Below, in pieces: positions 1 through 12,509 of a stretch of 64,000 nt of DNA. Within the stretch, counting starts at the first letter, position 1. The number at the start of each line of letters is the position of its first letter. This DNA is from Nitrospirota bacterium (GTDB lineage Bacteria; Nitrospirota; UBA9217), in the NCBI GenBank assembly GCA_963741205.1, contig CAVUHW010000020.1:1-64000 (forward strand). The letters run 5' to 3'. The notes beneath the pieces are model-generated. The model made no database searches, was not told the origin of the DNA, and worked only from the letters and a program-made list of their open reading frames with translations. Position numbers and translations under genes: made by a program.

Positions 1-6
1 CAAAAC

Positions 7-366
7 ATGAGGCTCCTCTATATCTCCCCGATCGACGGAATAGACTGGTCAAAAGGGATCATTCGCGCCAAAGGACGGGGCATGTATCCGTCGGACGCAT
101 CAAACCGGCCTGCCGCGCGTGAAATGGCAAAACGCGCCGCTCTTTCCGAAGCCGAGCGAAATCTCTTGCGGATCGTCGAGCAGATCAAGCTCGGCCCGAA
201 GCAGGAACTCACTTCTCTGCCTGCTCGTAGTTACATCACGAGAATCCATGGCTATCTGCAGGCTGGCCCCGTCGTTGGCGAGCGGGAAACGGACGCCGGC
301 GTTGAAGTGGAGCTGGAGCTTCCCTTGACCGGACAGAGCGGCTTGACGAGATATATTTCAGATTAA
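7..366 (+). CDS. LPP20-like lipoprotein domain protein (probably 5'-partial or frameshifted)
   Basis: GIDWSKGIIRAKGRG...AREMAKRAALSEAERNLL matches the LPP20-like motif of the paralogues at 12.6-13.7 kb and 16.5-17.3 kb. Confidence 0.6.
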   Translation: MRLLYISPIDGIDWSKGIIRAKGRGMYPSDASNRPAAREMAKRAALSEAERNLLRIVEQIKLGPKQELTSLPARSYITRIHGYLQAGPVVGERETDAGVEVELELPLTGQSGLTRYISD

Positions 367-390
367 GGTCTATATCATCCCGGAGTAATA

Positions 391-947
391 ATGGGGCACA
401 TACATAGACCTCTGCCGGTCAAACTTTTCATCGGCATGTTGTCTCCGGAACTTGATCTGTTTGGCGCCTGCTCTGAAATTCTGCAAAAGGAATTCGGTCC
501 AATCAAGAGCGGCAGCGAATGCATGCCCTGGGACAGGTCGGATTACTACCAGGAAGAGATGGGACGGAATATTTCCCGGAAGTTTCTGTTCTTCGAACGG
601 TCAACGGACCCGGGAAAATTGTCCTCCATAAAAAGGTTCACCAACGATCTTGAAAATGACTATGCCGTCAAGAGCGGCCAGCATCTACGACGAAGGATCA
701 ACCTCGACCCCGGGTATGTCACGGAAGCCAAAGTCGTTCTCGCATCGGCCAAGGGCAGCTTGCGCACCGCGTCTATATCGGAGACGGGATCTATGCTGAG
801 GTTACTTTGAAGTACAACACGAAGGATCGAAGTTTTGTCCCCTGCGAGCACACCTATCCCGATTTCAGGACGGCGTCCTATCTGGCACTGTTCAACAACG
901 TCCGGAAAGGTGGTCGGACGGAATTGCGCAAAACCCGCCACTCCTGA
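391..947 (+). CDS. DUF4416 family protein (frameshifted near 750; end approximate)
   Basis: PVKLFIGML, DYYQEEMG, RRINLDPGYV and KVVLASAK, then TYPDF in another frame. Confidence 0.75.
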
Positions 948-1218
948 TCCGTCGGAACATCGTGTCGCTGTCATGGCTTTACGGATTGAAAGCCCATTCA
1001 ATATAAAATTCCAGGGGTATCAAATCCGACTCATAAATCACTCATTTTTGCTGGCTCTAGAAATCGCATCCGCGGCCTCCATAGGGAGACGAATGGAAAT
1101 GCATCAGAGGTGATCTCAGTGGGAGAAGCGGATTTCGCCTCATCAGGGCCTGAAGGTTCGGCCCCTTGAGTTAAAGCAGTTCCACCGGCGCTTTCCAATG
1201 CCGCTTCGACAATCCTGC

Positions 1219-1548
1219 CTAGTTCTTTCGCCTGATAGGTTTGTTGATATATTCGAATACACCAAGACTGAGCGACTTCAAATACGTCTCGATGGCTCCA
1301 TAACCCGTAAGGATGACCACTGGGACCTCGGGAAGAAACTGTTTCAACTGGACAAGAAACTCCAGGCCGTCCATCCCCGGCATGCGGTAATCCGTTATCA
1401 CGAGGTCCACAGGGGCGCCTTCTTGAATCACCAACAGCGCGGATGGGGCGTCCGGCTTGGTTATGACATTGTAGCCGAAACGGTTCAAGATCTCACCGAG
1501 ACTTCTCCGTATCTCCAGTTCATCGTCCACCAAGAGCAGTGTTTTCAT
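1219..1548 (-). CDS. Single-domain response regulator (REC); 3' end probably frameshifted
   Basis: LLVDDE, ITDYRMPGMDG, LTGYG and YINKP motifs; GGAG RBS upstream. Confidence 0.9.
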   Translation of the reverse strand: MKTLLLVDDELEIRRSLGEILNRFGYNVITKPDAPSALLVIQEGAPVDLVITDYRMPGMDGLEFLVQLKQFLPEVPVVILTGYGAIETYLKSLSLGVFEYINKPIRRKN

Positions 1549-2112
1549 TGGTTCTCATCTCCGTAGGTTATCTCAGGTATATTCGGGAAGCTTTGTTATT
1601 TTGTTATTCACACCCGGACCATGAAAAAGCCTGAACACGAGCAAAATGCCACGCACTTTTATACCTCTTCGATAATAGCATAAATTACTGTTTCATCTAC
1701 CGAAGTCGTAAAAAACATAAAATATATAGTAAAATCAAGCTAATATACTATAAAGTTTCTGCTTTATTGATGTAGCTGAGAACGACTTTCTCTTTTTTTC
1801 CAGTGTATTATCTACGGTATTTTATCGTCATAAATTAATTAAAACTTTAGTTTTAGTTTAACCATTAATATCCTTTGTAAATCAATATATTGTACAAAAT
1901 ATACCAACGCAGAAAGCATTTCTGCTGAAAAAATATTCCAAACGCCCTTCGCTCACGCTAGACACTCGTAATCGATGGGAACAGACAGTCGGGAATGAGT
2001 GGACACACTGTGCATCACTAAGAGGAATGCCTATGGGTCTCGCTTCTGGTTTTTGCCGTACCAGTATTTTAAACAAATGAAAAAATCCTAAGACTTTATT
2101 TCTCGGGCAAAA

Positions 2113-2128
2113 AGGCATTGATTAAGCT
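2113..2128 (+). promoter_or_regulatory. Possible sigma54 -24/-12 promoter for the USP gene
   Basis: AGGCATTGATTAAGCT has GG-N10-GC spacing, ~45 bp upstream of the ATG; the -12 element deviates from TTGC. Confidence 0.35.
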
Positions 2129-2173
2129 ATACTTATTTTCACGACCCTATAATAACTCACAAAGGAGATTCCT

Positions 2174-3010
2174 ATGACCACCAGACGCGTGTCCCATCAC
2201 AAAATTGGACAAGATTCTATTGGCAACCGACGAAATGTTTACAGCGAAGGAGCGATATGGGAAGGGATAAAATTCGCCGCTAAATGTTCGAGTAGGATTT
2301 ACGCCTGCATGACGATTGAGACGAACCCCGAATATGAAACGATCGGGTCCAGCGCCATGGCAAAAGAGGAAGAAGAGGCGACTGCACACCTGAAGACCAT
2401 CAAGGCCAGGGCGGAAAAAGAAGGAGTGACCTGCGAGACTATTTTTCATGAATCGATGGAAGCCTCGCAGGCCATCGTCGATGATGCCGCTGACAGGATG
2501 ATTGACATGATCGTTATCGGCAGGCACGGATACAAAGGTCTGGTTAAGGCCTTGATGGGTGAAACTGCCGCAAAAGTCATCGCCCATGCCCCCTGCAAGG
2601 TCCTCGTTGTTCCGAAGGCCGCCCAGATAGAATACAAAAACATACTGGTCGCTACCGATGGCTCGGCTCACGGCAATGCGGCAGTCAGTGAAGCGATCAC
2701 GATCGCCAAGCGTTGCGGAAGCCACGTCATGGCGTTTTCGGCAATGCGCGATGAAGGCGAACGGGATGAGGCAAACACACTATCAAGCACTGCCGTTGAA
2801 CTGGCGCGAAAGGAGGGTGTTGCGGCGGAGGCGGTGACTCCCATAGGAGATCGTATGACGTAATCGTCGAAACGGCAGGCGGCAGAGGGGTCGATCTCAT
2901 CGTAATGGGGGCCTACGGGAAAACAGGCGTTAAGAAGTTCTTGATGGGAAGTGCGACGGAAAAGGTCATCGGGTCAGCCGGCTGCGCCGTGCTCGTGGCC
3001 AAGGCATAGC
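2174..3010 (+). CDS. Tandem-domain universal stress protein (frameshifted)
   Basis: IVIGRHG...LMGETAAKVIAHAPCKVLVV and ILVATDGS; C-terminal MGAYGKTGVKKFLMGSATEKVIG in a shifted frame; paralogue of 39958-40856. Confidence 0.9.
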
Positions 3011-3089
3011 AACGTTTGTGGGAAAATTCTACGGTCTCTGCGAAGAGACCGTAGAATAGTTATTGCATCAGCTACAAAATCACACTCCA

Positions 3090-3554
3090 TCAGTCCAACT
3101 GCTCCACCAGGTAGTTCTGAGGACCCATCTGTGTTATCTGGTCGAGCTGGGCCTCAAGCCCGTCGATGTGGTCCTCCTCTTCTTTCAAGATCGACTCAAA
3201 CAGTTCTCGGGTGCCGTTGTCCCCCACCTCAACAGCCAGGCGGATGCTCTCATTGTAGCCCTTTATGGCCCCTTCTTCGGCGACCCGGTCGTTCTGGTGC
3301 ATTTCGGCACCTCGGCGCCGATGTACATTTTCTCAGATCGCTGACGATGGGCGACCATCGAGAAAGAGGATCCGGGCGATGAGCTTCTCGGCATGCTTCA
3401 TCTCGTCGATGGCCCGCTTCTCGATCATCTTGTGCAGCCGTCCGTAATTCCAGTTGTCGCACATCTCGGAGTGGACCATATACTGGTTGATGGCGGTCAG
3501 TTCCTCGGCCAGCCGCGCGTTCAGGTGCTCGATGATCTTTTCGTTCCCTTTCAT
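3090..3554 (-). CDS. bfr: Bacterioferritin (frameshifted)
   Basis: MKGNEKIIEHLN, ELTAINQYMVHSEM, IDEMKHAEKLIARILFL, EEEDHID ferroxidase motifs; GGAGG RBS. Confidence 0.93.
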
Positions 3555-3812
3555 TTCGTATCCTCCTCTATTCCTTAGATGTCGAACCGGACTTTCCGAA
3601 CCAAGAGCGGCGTCCGAGGTTACAACTTGTAAGAGTATAGCAAGGTTCCAGAAAAAATCAAGGTTTCGAACGACGCGCGGCAAGAAAAGCGGACACTAAA
3701 GCCCGCTCCGCATCGGTTCATATCTGGCACTTTCACATGACTGCAAATGATATAAACGAAACCTGCCCACCGCCGGGGAAAAAAGCATCTGCCATATTCG
3801 TAGTCGTTTCTC

Positions 3813-4581
3813 CTAGAACCTGACGGTCACACCAGCGCGAACCGACTGGTCTACTTCCGTGTCATTGCGTCCGAACAGGAATCCCGCACTCAGATCCAGC
3901 GAGTCCTGTGGAGAATAGATGAGACCGATCTGAGCGAAGACGGGATAACTGCTGTCTGTGGAATCAGCATTTCTGGTTGCACCGACTTCTCCCACGATCT
4001 TCCACCGTTCAGCCATTGCAAATCGACTGGCAAGCGAACCGAGCCATATATTGGTGCGATTCCCCGATGAGTTCGGGAGATACAGATAGCCCGAGATTCA
4101 CATCGAAGGACCAGGGTTCAGCATCAACGGTCGAGATCAAGGATGCTGAATAGTCAACGTGACCAGATCCCAGACCCTTGTCCGCATCGCCCGTGGGAAT
4201 GATTATGCCGGGTTTGATCGCCAGACTGAGTTTTTGCTTGCCGAAGAATCGCCATTTTGCCTCAATAGCGGTATCGAAAAGGCCGTGATTTCCCTTATTC
4301 GTTCCTGATTCTCTTGTGTCAGTCCATACGTAGGGCACAGTAACCATCACATCCATGGTCTCGGCAATTCCTGCGGTGAATACGACCGTGGCAATGGAAT
4401 TAAGCTCTCTCACTCCCTCGCCACCCTCGTTTTTCTTGTCGGTAAGCCAGGTGCCCGATGCTTCGAGTTGATACTTTTCGGTCCCCTGCGTCCCCGTATC
4501 ATCCGTAACAAGCGGATGCGCCGCCCATGATGCCGCCGGTATTACCAAAACCGCACAAAACGTAATTATTCCGGCCAACAT
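3813..4581 (-). CDS. Outer-membrane beta-barrel 'transporter' family protein (frameshifted)
   Basis: Signal peptide followed by AHPLVTDDTGTQG; EAKWRF; C-terminal beta-signal VRAGVTVRF. Confidence 0.75.
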
Positions 4582-4952
4582 CTTCAAATACACCTCGCGA
4601 TCTCCTCCCCATCTTGGTTCATACATACTCTTGAAACATCATTACGTGCCTGTTTTTCTTGGTATCAATACATGATTCAGCGACAATGCAAATATCGTCG
4701 TGACATTAATTGTTCTGTCTTGCCTTGATACACATTTTACGGTATCACGCAAGCAAGATAACACCTATCCATTATGGGTAATGTTTCTATTAGGGTATAA
4801 TTCATACCCGCACGAAAGTCAAGAGACCCAATAAAACAGAACCTGCAAAAAAGCACACAAGCGTCACGAATATTTCATTCATCTTGTATTTTTCCTTGAA
4901 GTTCATAATTTTGGTAACCATTTTCACAATATACGAATGAGGACATATCCCT

Positions 4953-5657
4953 TTAGAACGGCACGCCGAGCATAAAGCGCACTTCCCGGTCGTTCGTATT
5001 TTTGTTCAACCCGTACACTGCGCCGATGTCCGCCCAGATCCGGTTGCCGACCCAGGCCAGCGTAGGCCCGGCGGCGTATTCCTTTTCCGTGTAGCTCCCT
5101 TTCGACTCGATGCCGAACCGGAAAGCAGGCACGATCTCATAGCTTATCCCGAAGGCATATTCATGCTCGCCTTTCCCGTGTTAGCCGGCCGTTCATAAAT
5201 CTGGTTGTACGTGATATTCAACCTGCCGATGTCCTTGCCCAGGATGATTTTCCCTTCGAAGATGTTGCCCTCTTCGGTACTCACTTCCTCTTCGGCATAC
5301 AAAAGAATATCCACGGGCAGCTCGTTCTTCTCCGCGACCCGGTATTTGAGTTCCACCTTGTACCCGAGGTACGTCAAGGACTGGCTGTCTGCGGTCTGCT
5401 CGTAGACATTGTACAAGGCCGCATTGAAATGGTCGGTGATACCGTACTCGAGTTCGAGCTGCTGAGTCCAGTCGCTGGCATTTCTCGTCTGGATATCATG
5501 AGTCACCGCGGTGTTCCAAAACTCCACCTCCGCGTTGCCCTTTGCCAGGGTTCCATATTCCTCCGTCCAGACATAATTTCTCTGGGCTGCCTCTGCTTCC
5601 GCTCCCAGGGCAGCTAAAATCAACATCATCACCGTACCGTAAAATAACTTTCTTCAT
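4953..5657 (-). CDS. Putative outer-membrane protein, DUF6662-like (frameshifted), Fur-controlled
   Basis: Signal peptide; YVWTEEYGTLAKG, ELEYGITD, ELKYR; C-terminal Phe (LGVPF); Fur box upstream. Confidence 0.65.
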
Positions 5658-5677
5658 GATCCTTGAGCCTCCTTTTT

Positions 5678-5696
5678 GATATTGATATTCATTTTC
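5678..5696. promoter_or_regulatory. Fur box
   Basis: GATATTGATATTCATTTTC matches GATAATGATAATCATTATC at 16/19; nearly identical to the box before fur. Confidence 0.8.
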
Positions 5697-5708
5697 ATGT
5701 TACGTAGC

Positions 5709-5742
5709 AAAAAATAACCCTTGTTTCGATGCAAGGGTTATT
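5709..5742 (-). terminator. Intrinsic terminator of fur-feoB-dtxR
   Basis: AATAACCCTTG/CAAGGGTTATT stem with an adjacent A-run (U-tail on the minus strand). Confidence 0.7.
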
Positions 5743-5761
5743 AATCTTCTGACGTCAGTGA

Positions 5762-6469
5762 TTACATTTTTTTTACAAAGATCTCTTTCGTAATGTCCTT
5801 GTCCACGGCAATCATGGTCTCGCCGAGTTGGATCACATACGACGGCCTTTTCTGATGGAGCTTGACCATGCTGCCGGGGATCACGCCCATGGCGGAAAGA
5901 CGGTCGAGACGCGAATGCGACTCCGGCGTGATGAACACGATCTTCGCCTGCTCTCCCGGCAGAGGTCGGCGAGCGGCGCCACGAGCGGCTTCATCTCCTG
6001 CCGGAACATGGAGCAGCACTCCCCGCGCGGAATCGGCTTTCCGTCAGGAGAATTCGGCGGATGACCGAGCAGGGTGCAGACGCTGTCCGTCACTTCGGGA
6101 GAAAGAATATGCTCAAATTTGCACGCCTCTGCCTCGGCGCCGTCCAGGGCAAAGAGATCATAGAACATCCGAAGCGACAAGCCGGTGTCTGCGGACCAGT
6201 TCCTTCGCGCGCTTCTCCCCTTTCGGGAGCAGTTCGATGCCTTCGCCCTTCATGTCGATCCAGCCGTTCTTCGCAAGTTCCTGAAGAATGTTCTCGCATC
6301 CTTCTATGGTGCAGTTTTCCACAACGTCTCCGCGTGACAGCTTGCCGTCCTCCCGAAGCGTCCACATGATCTCGAAAAGTTCGTCTTCTTTCTCGATCTC
6401 CGGCAGCACGCACAGCGCGGGGTGGCCGGCTTTTCCTTCGATGGTGTCCAGTCTTTTATGTTCTGACAT
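5762..6469 (-). CDS. DtxR/MntR-family metal-dependent regulator with C-terminal FeoA domain (frameshifted)
   Basis: KGEKRAKELVRRHRL, EACKFEHILS, LGHPPNSPDGKPIP, and FeoA-like RLSAMGVIPGSMVKL. Confidence 0.88.
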
Positions 6470-6566
6470 CGTCTCACCTCATGATCGAATTTGCGATTTT
6501 GGCTTACGTATAATCTGCGCTCGTCTGCTTGTCGTCATTTAGTCCGCACTCCGCATTCCGCATTTC

Positions 6567-8554
6567 TTACAGCGCAACCTTCAGCGTCCTCAGCACCCAG
6601 TTCAACACCCCGCCTACGGCAAAAGCAAAGGGGAAGATGAACGCCACCATATACAGAGCGGCCTTCATTCCCTGTTCCTTCACCATCATGAAGAAGTTCG
6701 CGATACAGGGCACGAACAGGGTGATGACGACGAGGCTCACGACGATCTGGATCGGGTCGAGCATCCCCTGCTTCTGCATGCACGAAGAGTCCGGCCGCGC
6801 CGTAATCTCTCCGCAGAAAACCGATGACAAAGGCCTCCGCTGCCTTGCTCGGAAGACCGAGCATTCCGACAACAAGCGGGTCGGTCAGCTTCTGGATATA
6901 TTCAAGCGCGCCGACCTTGTGTCCAACAAAGAGGATGAGCGTTCCGAGGATGAAAAGCGGCACCGCTTCTTTCAAATACCACTGCACCCGGGCAAGGGTC
7001 TTGACCAGGATATTCGTCAGCTGCGGCACCCGGATCGGCGGCAGCTCGAGAACAAAATCCGACGGTTCGCCGGGTATGGCCTTTGCCGCAAGATAGCCCG
7101 ACGAGCAGCATCACCAGGACCACCGTCCCGATCCAGATGACCGTGGCAAAACCGGAGATGCCGGATACCATGCCGAGGACGACGCCGAGCTGCGCGGAAC
7201 AGGGCACGCCGAGCGCCAGGAGCAGCGTCACGAGGATCCGTTCTTTCCTGGTCTCCAGAATGCGCGTCGTGAGCGTGGCCATGGTGTCGCAGCCGAGGCC
7301 GAGAATCATCGGGAGCACGGCTTTTCCGTTCAGGCCCATGATCTTGAAGATCTTGTTCACCATGACCGCGAGCCTCGGCAAATAACCCGAATCTTCCAGA
7401 AGGCCGAAGGCGATGAAGAAGAACCCCACGATCGGCAGGACGATCGCGATGGAATACGTGAGCGCCATGGTGATCAGCCCGTAATCACCGATCAAGAGTT
7501 CCTGCATGAACGGAACGGGAAAATAAAATGCACGATCTTCGTCGCCCAGGGGTTCAGATATTCGCCGAAGACGGTCTTCTCAAGAAAATTGACCGCCGTC
7601 CCCGCCCCGAGCACGCCCACGAACTGATACACGAGGTAGAGAACGGCCAGAAGGATCGGCAGGCCGTAGACCGGGTGCATGGACAATTGGCCGAGATGAA
7701 ACGCGAGCGTAGAACTTTTCCCCGCCTCATGACGGCGTCAGGACCTGTGCCAGGATCTCGTCGGCCTTTTTGAGCCTGCGCTGGTTGATGAGATAGCCGA
7801 GCGAATTGTTGAAATTTCGACTGCACTTCCTGCCGTATTTTTTCGATCTCCGCGATCACATGGTCCTGCATGTTCGCATGGAGCCAACCCTTGAGGCTTT
7901 CATCGCCGGCGAGGATCATCAGCGCAAGCGCGCGCCGCGAGATGTTCGCTTCAGGCAGAAGGGCCGAGATGTCCCTCACCCCGCCCTCGATCGCGTCGTC
8001 GTATCGCAGCGCGACGTGGACGGCCGGGGATGCTGAATGCCTTTCAAGAGCTTGTCGATGCCGCTCCGCCGGATAGCGACGGTCTTGACGACTTCTATGC
8101 CGAGGAGTTGGGACAGTTTTTCCTGGTCGATGAGGATGCCGCGGCTTTTGGCCTCGTCATCCATGTTGAGGTCCAGGATGAACGGCACCTCCATCTCGGC
8201 GAGCTGGAGCGTGATCAAAAGCCCGCGCCGCAGGTTCTTGGTGTCCGCCACCTGGACAACAACGCCTGCCCGGTCCGAGATCAGCATGTCCCGCGTTACT
8301 TTTTCGTCTTCGGACATCGGCACCAGGCTGTTCACGCCGGGCGTATCGATCACGAGCGTACGGGTCTTGTTCAAAAGTGCGTTCCCGTACGTCACTTCCA
8401 CGGTGGTGCCGGGATAGTTGGAAACGGTAACATATTTTCCCGTGAGCAGGCCGAAGAGCGCGCTTTTGCCTACGTTGGGGTTGCCGATCAAGAGAACCTT
8501 GTTCAGGTTGGAGTCGCGGTAGCGTTCTCCGTCGTTGGAACCATGATCATGCAT
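6567..8554 (-). CDS. feoB: Ferrous iron transporter FeoB (several frameshifts)
   Basis: GNPNVGKS, NYPGTTVE, DTPG, LNMDDE; LEDSGYLPR, LGLGC, GVPCSAQ, LFVPCIA. Confidence 0.95.
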
Positions 8555-8598
8555 TCTAGTACACTCCTCGCTTTCGATACTGCTTCACCGTTCTTACT

Positions 8599-9060
8599 TC
8601 AGACTTCTTCACTTCTTACTTTCTTCTTTCCCTGACACGCCGAGCACAGGCCATACAGCTCCAGCTTATGGCTCTGTACCTGAAAATGATTTTTCCTGGC
8701 CACATCCTGCTGAAGCGCTTCGATGCGTTCATTTTCGAATTCAATGATCGTGCCGCATTTTGTGCAGATCAGGTGGTCGTGGTGACTGTTCGAGGCCTTG
8801 TATTCGTACCGGGTAAATCCATCCTCAAATCGCCGTTCATCGGCCAGCCCCGCATCGGGCAAGCAGTTTCAAAGTGCGGTATACGGTGGCATAGCCGATG
8901 CCGGGATGGACTTTTTTTCACGCGCGCGTACAGTTCTTCCGCGCTCAGGTGCTGCCCTGCCTCGACAAAGACCTGCGAGGATACGTGTCGCGCTGGGTCG
9001 TGGACCTGAGCCCCTGGCCCGAAGGTATTCCGTAAGTTGTTGAACGGCTTTGTTTGACAT
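8599..9060 (-). CDS. fur: Ferric uptake regulator Fur (frameshifted)
   Basis: GYATVYRT (reconstructed), HHDHLICTKCGTIIEF and LYGLCSAC motifs. Confidence 0.9.
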
Positions 9061-9064
9061 ATTT

Positions 9065-9083
9065 GATATTGATAACCATTTTC
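9065..9083. promoter_or_regulatory. Fur box (autoregulation)
   Basis: GATATTGATAACCATTTTC matches consensus at 16/19; lies between the promoter and the fur ATG. Confidence 0.8.
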
Positions 9084-9094
9084 AATATGGGACG

Positions 9095-9123
9095 TTTATA
9101 CCATGCGAGGGCGGAGCTGTCAA
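9095..9123 (-). promoter_or_regulatory. Sigma70 promoter of fur-feoB
   Basis: TTGACA-17 bp-TATAAA with extended TG on the minus strand. Confidence 0.75.
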
Positions 9124-9143
9124 GCTTATTTTGTTCATCTCAC

Positions 9144-9176
9144 AAAAAAAAGACCGTCCCGTTCAGGGACGGCCTT
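9144..9176 (-). terminator. Intrinsic terminator after the FecR gene
   Basis: CCGTCCC/GGGACGG stem with an 8-A run. Confidence 0.8.
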
Positions 9177-9186
9177 TCGCACAAAA

Positions 9187-9981
9187 TCATTTGTATGGAC
9201 GTTGATCGTAGAACGACAGTTTCTTGTCCCTCTCCTGGTTCCACTTCACCCAATCGTCGGCATCGGCCTTGGGGTCGAAATCCTCGGGCTTCGAGGGCTT
9301 CCCATCGGGCGAGATGGTGATCTGCTGCATGGCCTTCACGATAGCAGTCCACTCCTCCATCGATACTTCATGATAGGGCGGAGGGACTTCATCGGGGCCG
9401 GCCACTTCATGAGGCGCGGTTGCCTTGTCGAGCGGTTTCGATGCGTCCCGCGGTGGATTGGCAACATAGACCGTCTCCATCATACACCTTTACCAGGGCG
9501 CTTTTATCCTCTTCCACATTGACCCGGTACACTGTTCCCCGGACGCCGGCGACGGCATTCGAGGTCTTTACTTCGACCGACGGAATCGGGCGTGCTAAGT
9601 TTCTTGTACCTTCGCCCAGAGTTTTCCCACGGTTAGGTCGACTTTCACGTTTTTCTGGTCCGTCTGTTTGTTGAATGCGAGTTCATTCAATCTTGAGGCT
9701 CGACTTCTCAGCAAGCCTCATGACCGTTCCATCGGGAAAGCGGATCTCGATCTCGGGATTTCTCGGCGACCTTCACCTCCTGGTCTTTCTTAAGCTTATC
9801 GCCCTTTTTCAACAATGCGACCCGGTCTTGGAGCCCGCTGGCATAGACCCGGGCGGTGCCCATGCACCGTGGTCACCGTGGCTTCGTTCCCGCCCGACTC
9901 ATCCGCAAGGGCCGCGCACGGGATCCAAAGCAGGAACCACGAGTATGATGAACAGTCACCGGAGCAGAAACGCTTCATCAT
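9187..9981 (-). CDS. FecR-domain periplasmic protein (frameshifted)
   Basis: Reconstructed IEIRFPDGTVMRLAEKSSL and VKTSNAVAGVRGT FecR motifs; C-terminal DDWVKWNQERD. Confidence 0.75.
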
Positions 9982-10012
9982 ATACTCATCCTTTCGGTCG
10001 CATCCCCACGAC

Positions 10013-10988
10013 TTATTTACCGACGAACTTTACGATATCCCCTTGTTTAAAACCCATGCCGGACGTGATTACCGCAACCGACATATCCGCCTTGTCTCCG
10101 ATATCATTTTGCTGAACGATGGCCTGACCAACTTTATCTTCTGTCGTTCCCAGTTTCACGTGGGTATCCGGGTCTACGATATCCTCACCGACCCGATACA
10201 CATCGAGTTTGTCCCCGACTTTCAAACCTGTCTTTTTTCCGGCATTGATATAAAGCTTATTGCCGGTGACCTTGGCGATCTTGCCCTTCCACGGCTGGTT
10301 TTCAAGCTGTTTCATCATGTTGACCATGGCCTTGGTGAGCGCGTCTCTGAGAGCGCCATCCCGCAGATCGGAGTCGTATCCCGCCTTGCCGCCCATGCCG
10401 AGTGTTCGTCGATACTTTCTTCTCATAGATGCCGGCGCCGGAATCAGCCATGAGCTGGACGCCGGTCGTCGTATCGACAATGCGGTAATCCACCGTTACC
10501 CGTGCAATTTGCTTCTTGCTCTTTGTTATGAGATAATCGCTGCCTTCTTCCGCTTCTGAATAGGCGGTGACCGCTCCGGTCACGATCGCATTCAGGCCGA
10601 GGATCTCGCCCATCTTCGCCGCTGTATCGGGATTGATCGCCCCGGTGGCCCCCATGCGCTGCTGGCCCAAGGATAGACTCGATGTCCTGCTGGGGAATCA
10701 CGATGAATCTGCCGTTTTCTGCAGGATGGTTCCCAGGATGTCGGAGGCGGCTTCTCCAATGCCCAGGACTTTCGAAGGGGTTTTATTCTGGAAGTTGACC
10801 ACCCCAACCCTCAGCTTCGGCCCTTTATACTCGGAGACATCGCTGCCCGTCTTTAACTGTTTGGATGTATCGGTCAAGGTCGTGTCGTCCTTGACCGCCC
10901 CGGATGTTGGGACCGAACAACCACTCATGGCTGACACCGCCAGTCCCGACTACAAGGACTGCGATAAACAACTGTCGAACCTTTTCAT
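10013..10988 (-). CDS. CsgG/HfaB-family lipoprotein with FlgT-C-like domain (frameshifted)
   Basis: Lipobox MSGC; GPKLRVGVVNFQNK, TAAKMGEILGLNAIVTGAVT, VDYRIVDTTTG; C-terminal LYINAGKKTGLKVGD. Confidence 0.82.
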
Positions 10989-11002
10989 CCTTGTACTCCT
11001 CC

Positions 11003-12426
11003 TTAGTACTTGCAGTATTTTAAGAAAACTTCCAGCCGTTATTTTTTCTCGTCTGTCAGTCATCACGTCCATGAAACTCTTCGCCTCCGTATACCCTTCG
11101 GGGATCTCGAACAGAGACGCAGCCGGCGTCTTCAGAACGATGTTCTTCAGCTCCGTCGTGATCTTGAAATCCTTGTTCTCCACTTCGCTCTTGATGGTCA
11201 TACCGTCGAGATCCGTGGCGTTCCAGATAGATCCTTCGTCCACCTTGCCGTCCTTGTAGGTGACTTGACCTTGAACTTGTCCGTCATGTACTTCCCGATC
11301 ATTTCGCTGCCCAGTTTGGTCTTTTCGACCTGTGGTTTTTCTCCCTGCTCTTCCGTCTCGGTGTGAACCATGTATTTCTGCGTATTCGGATAGAGCGTAT
11401 AACTGATCTTCTTATCGCCCCGGGCGATCATGGACATCTTGCTCATGGGAGACTGTTTGTCTCCCCCCTTCGTCATCTTCGACATATCCATGTCCATCCG
11501 CATCTTGCCGCCGGCGATCGCAATCGGCATCTCCATGTCAATGGTGTCGTTCTGGGATTTGTTGAGGGACGTCGAGAAGACGACAGCGGAAAAGTCCCGC
11601 TTCCCTTCCCAATCCATGTATCCGAAGGAAGGCGGTCCGGGCGTCTTGATTTCAGGCCTAGCAATCACAGGCGCGGACACCGGTGCGGCATGGGCGACAA
11701 CGGCGCCGGGTCCCGGACCCCAGGGCAGGTTTTCGCGTCACTCTCGTTGCCAGTTCTGCTGATTCATAATCCAGATGTCTCCCAACGGCCTTGGTAATCA
11801 GCTTGGCCCCAAGCTCGATGGCAAAGGACTTGCCCACATTGTCGCTGCCGGTTGTCGTGCTCTGGATGGTCACCCACGGCGCTTCCTTGTCATTGGCGTC
11901 GGAGAGCCTTGAAGCAATCGTTGCAGCGGCGCCCCCTGCTCCCTGCATCATCATCTCGCTCCGTACGCCGAGCCCCCGCTCCCACACGGCCTGGCCAGTC
12001 ATCGTGTTCACGAGTTTGAATTTGCCCCTGACCTTTTTTACATTGACTGCGCCCAGTGTCGATTCATCGAAATCCAGGAGCGTGCCGTAGAGAACACCCT
12101 CGACTTCCAACTCCTGTCCGAGCTTCTGGGCTGTCGTCAGGTCAAGTTGCCCGCCCAGCGTGATCCCCATCCGGTCCCGAAGGATCTGGTCCGTTTCTTT
12201 CAGGTCTTTGACCACATAGGAATGGTTCTCCAGGGCCTTGACCATTTTTTTCCGCATCACGTCCGGGCCGTCCACATCGTTGGTGTCGTTCCGCAGGGGG
12301 AGAACAGCAACCCTCTTGAGCGGGTTGCTCGGATCATAGGGAAGCGGCGGGTGAGGATATAGTGCATGCGGCAAGAAACATCAGTGCAGCGATGAATACC
12401 GAAAATTTGATTTTCTTTACCATCAT
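11003..12426 (-). CDS. DUF799/GNA1162-like lipoprotein fused to a DUF4412-like domain (frameshifted)
   Basis: Lipobox LAAC; RVAVLPLRNDTNDVDGP, LGQELEVEGVLYG; C-terminal GKMRMDM...PAASLFEIPEGY. Confidence 0.7.
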
Positions 12427-12509
12427 AGCAACTCCTTCAAGCGCTATCAATTCCGGACGCGTGATCTCGGGACGAGACACCGCATCGTCAGTCCTCACGA
12501 AGACGGGAT

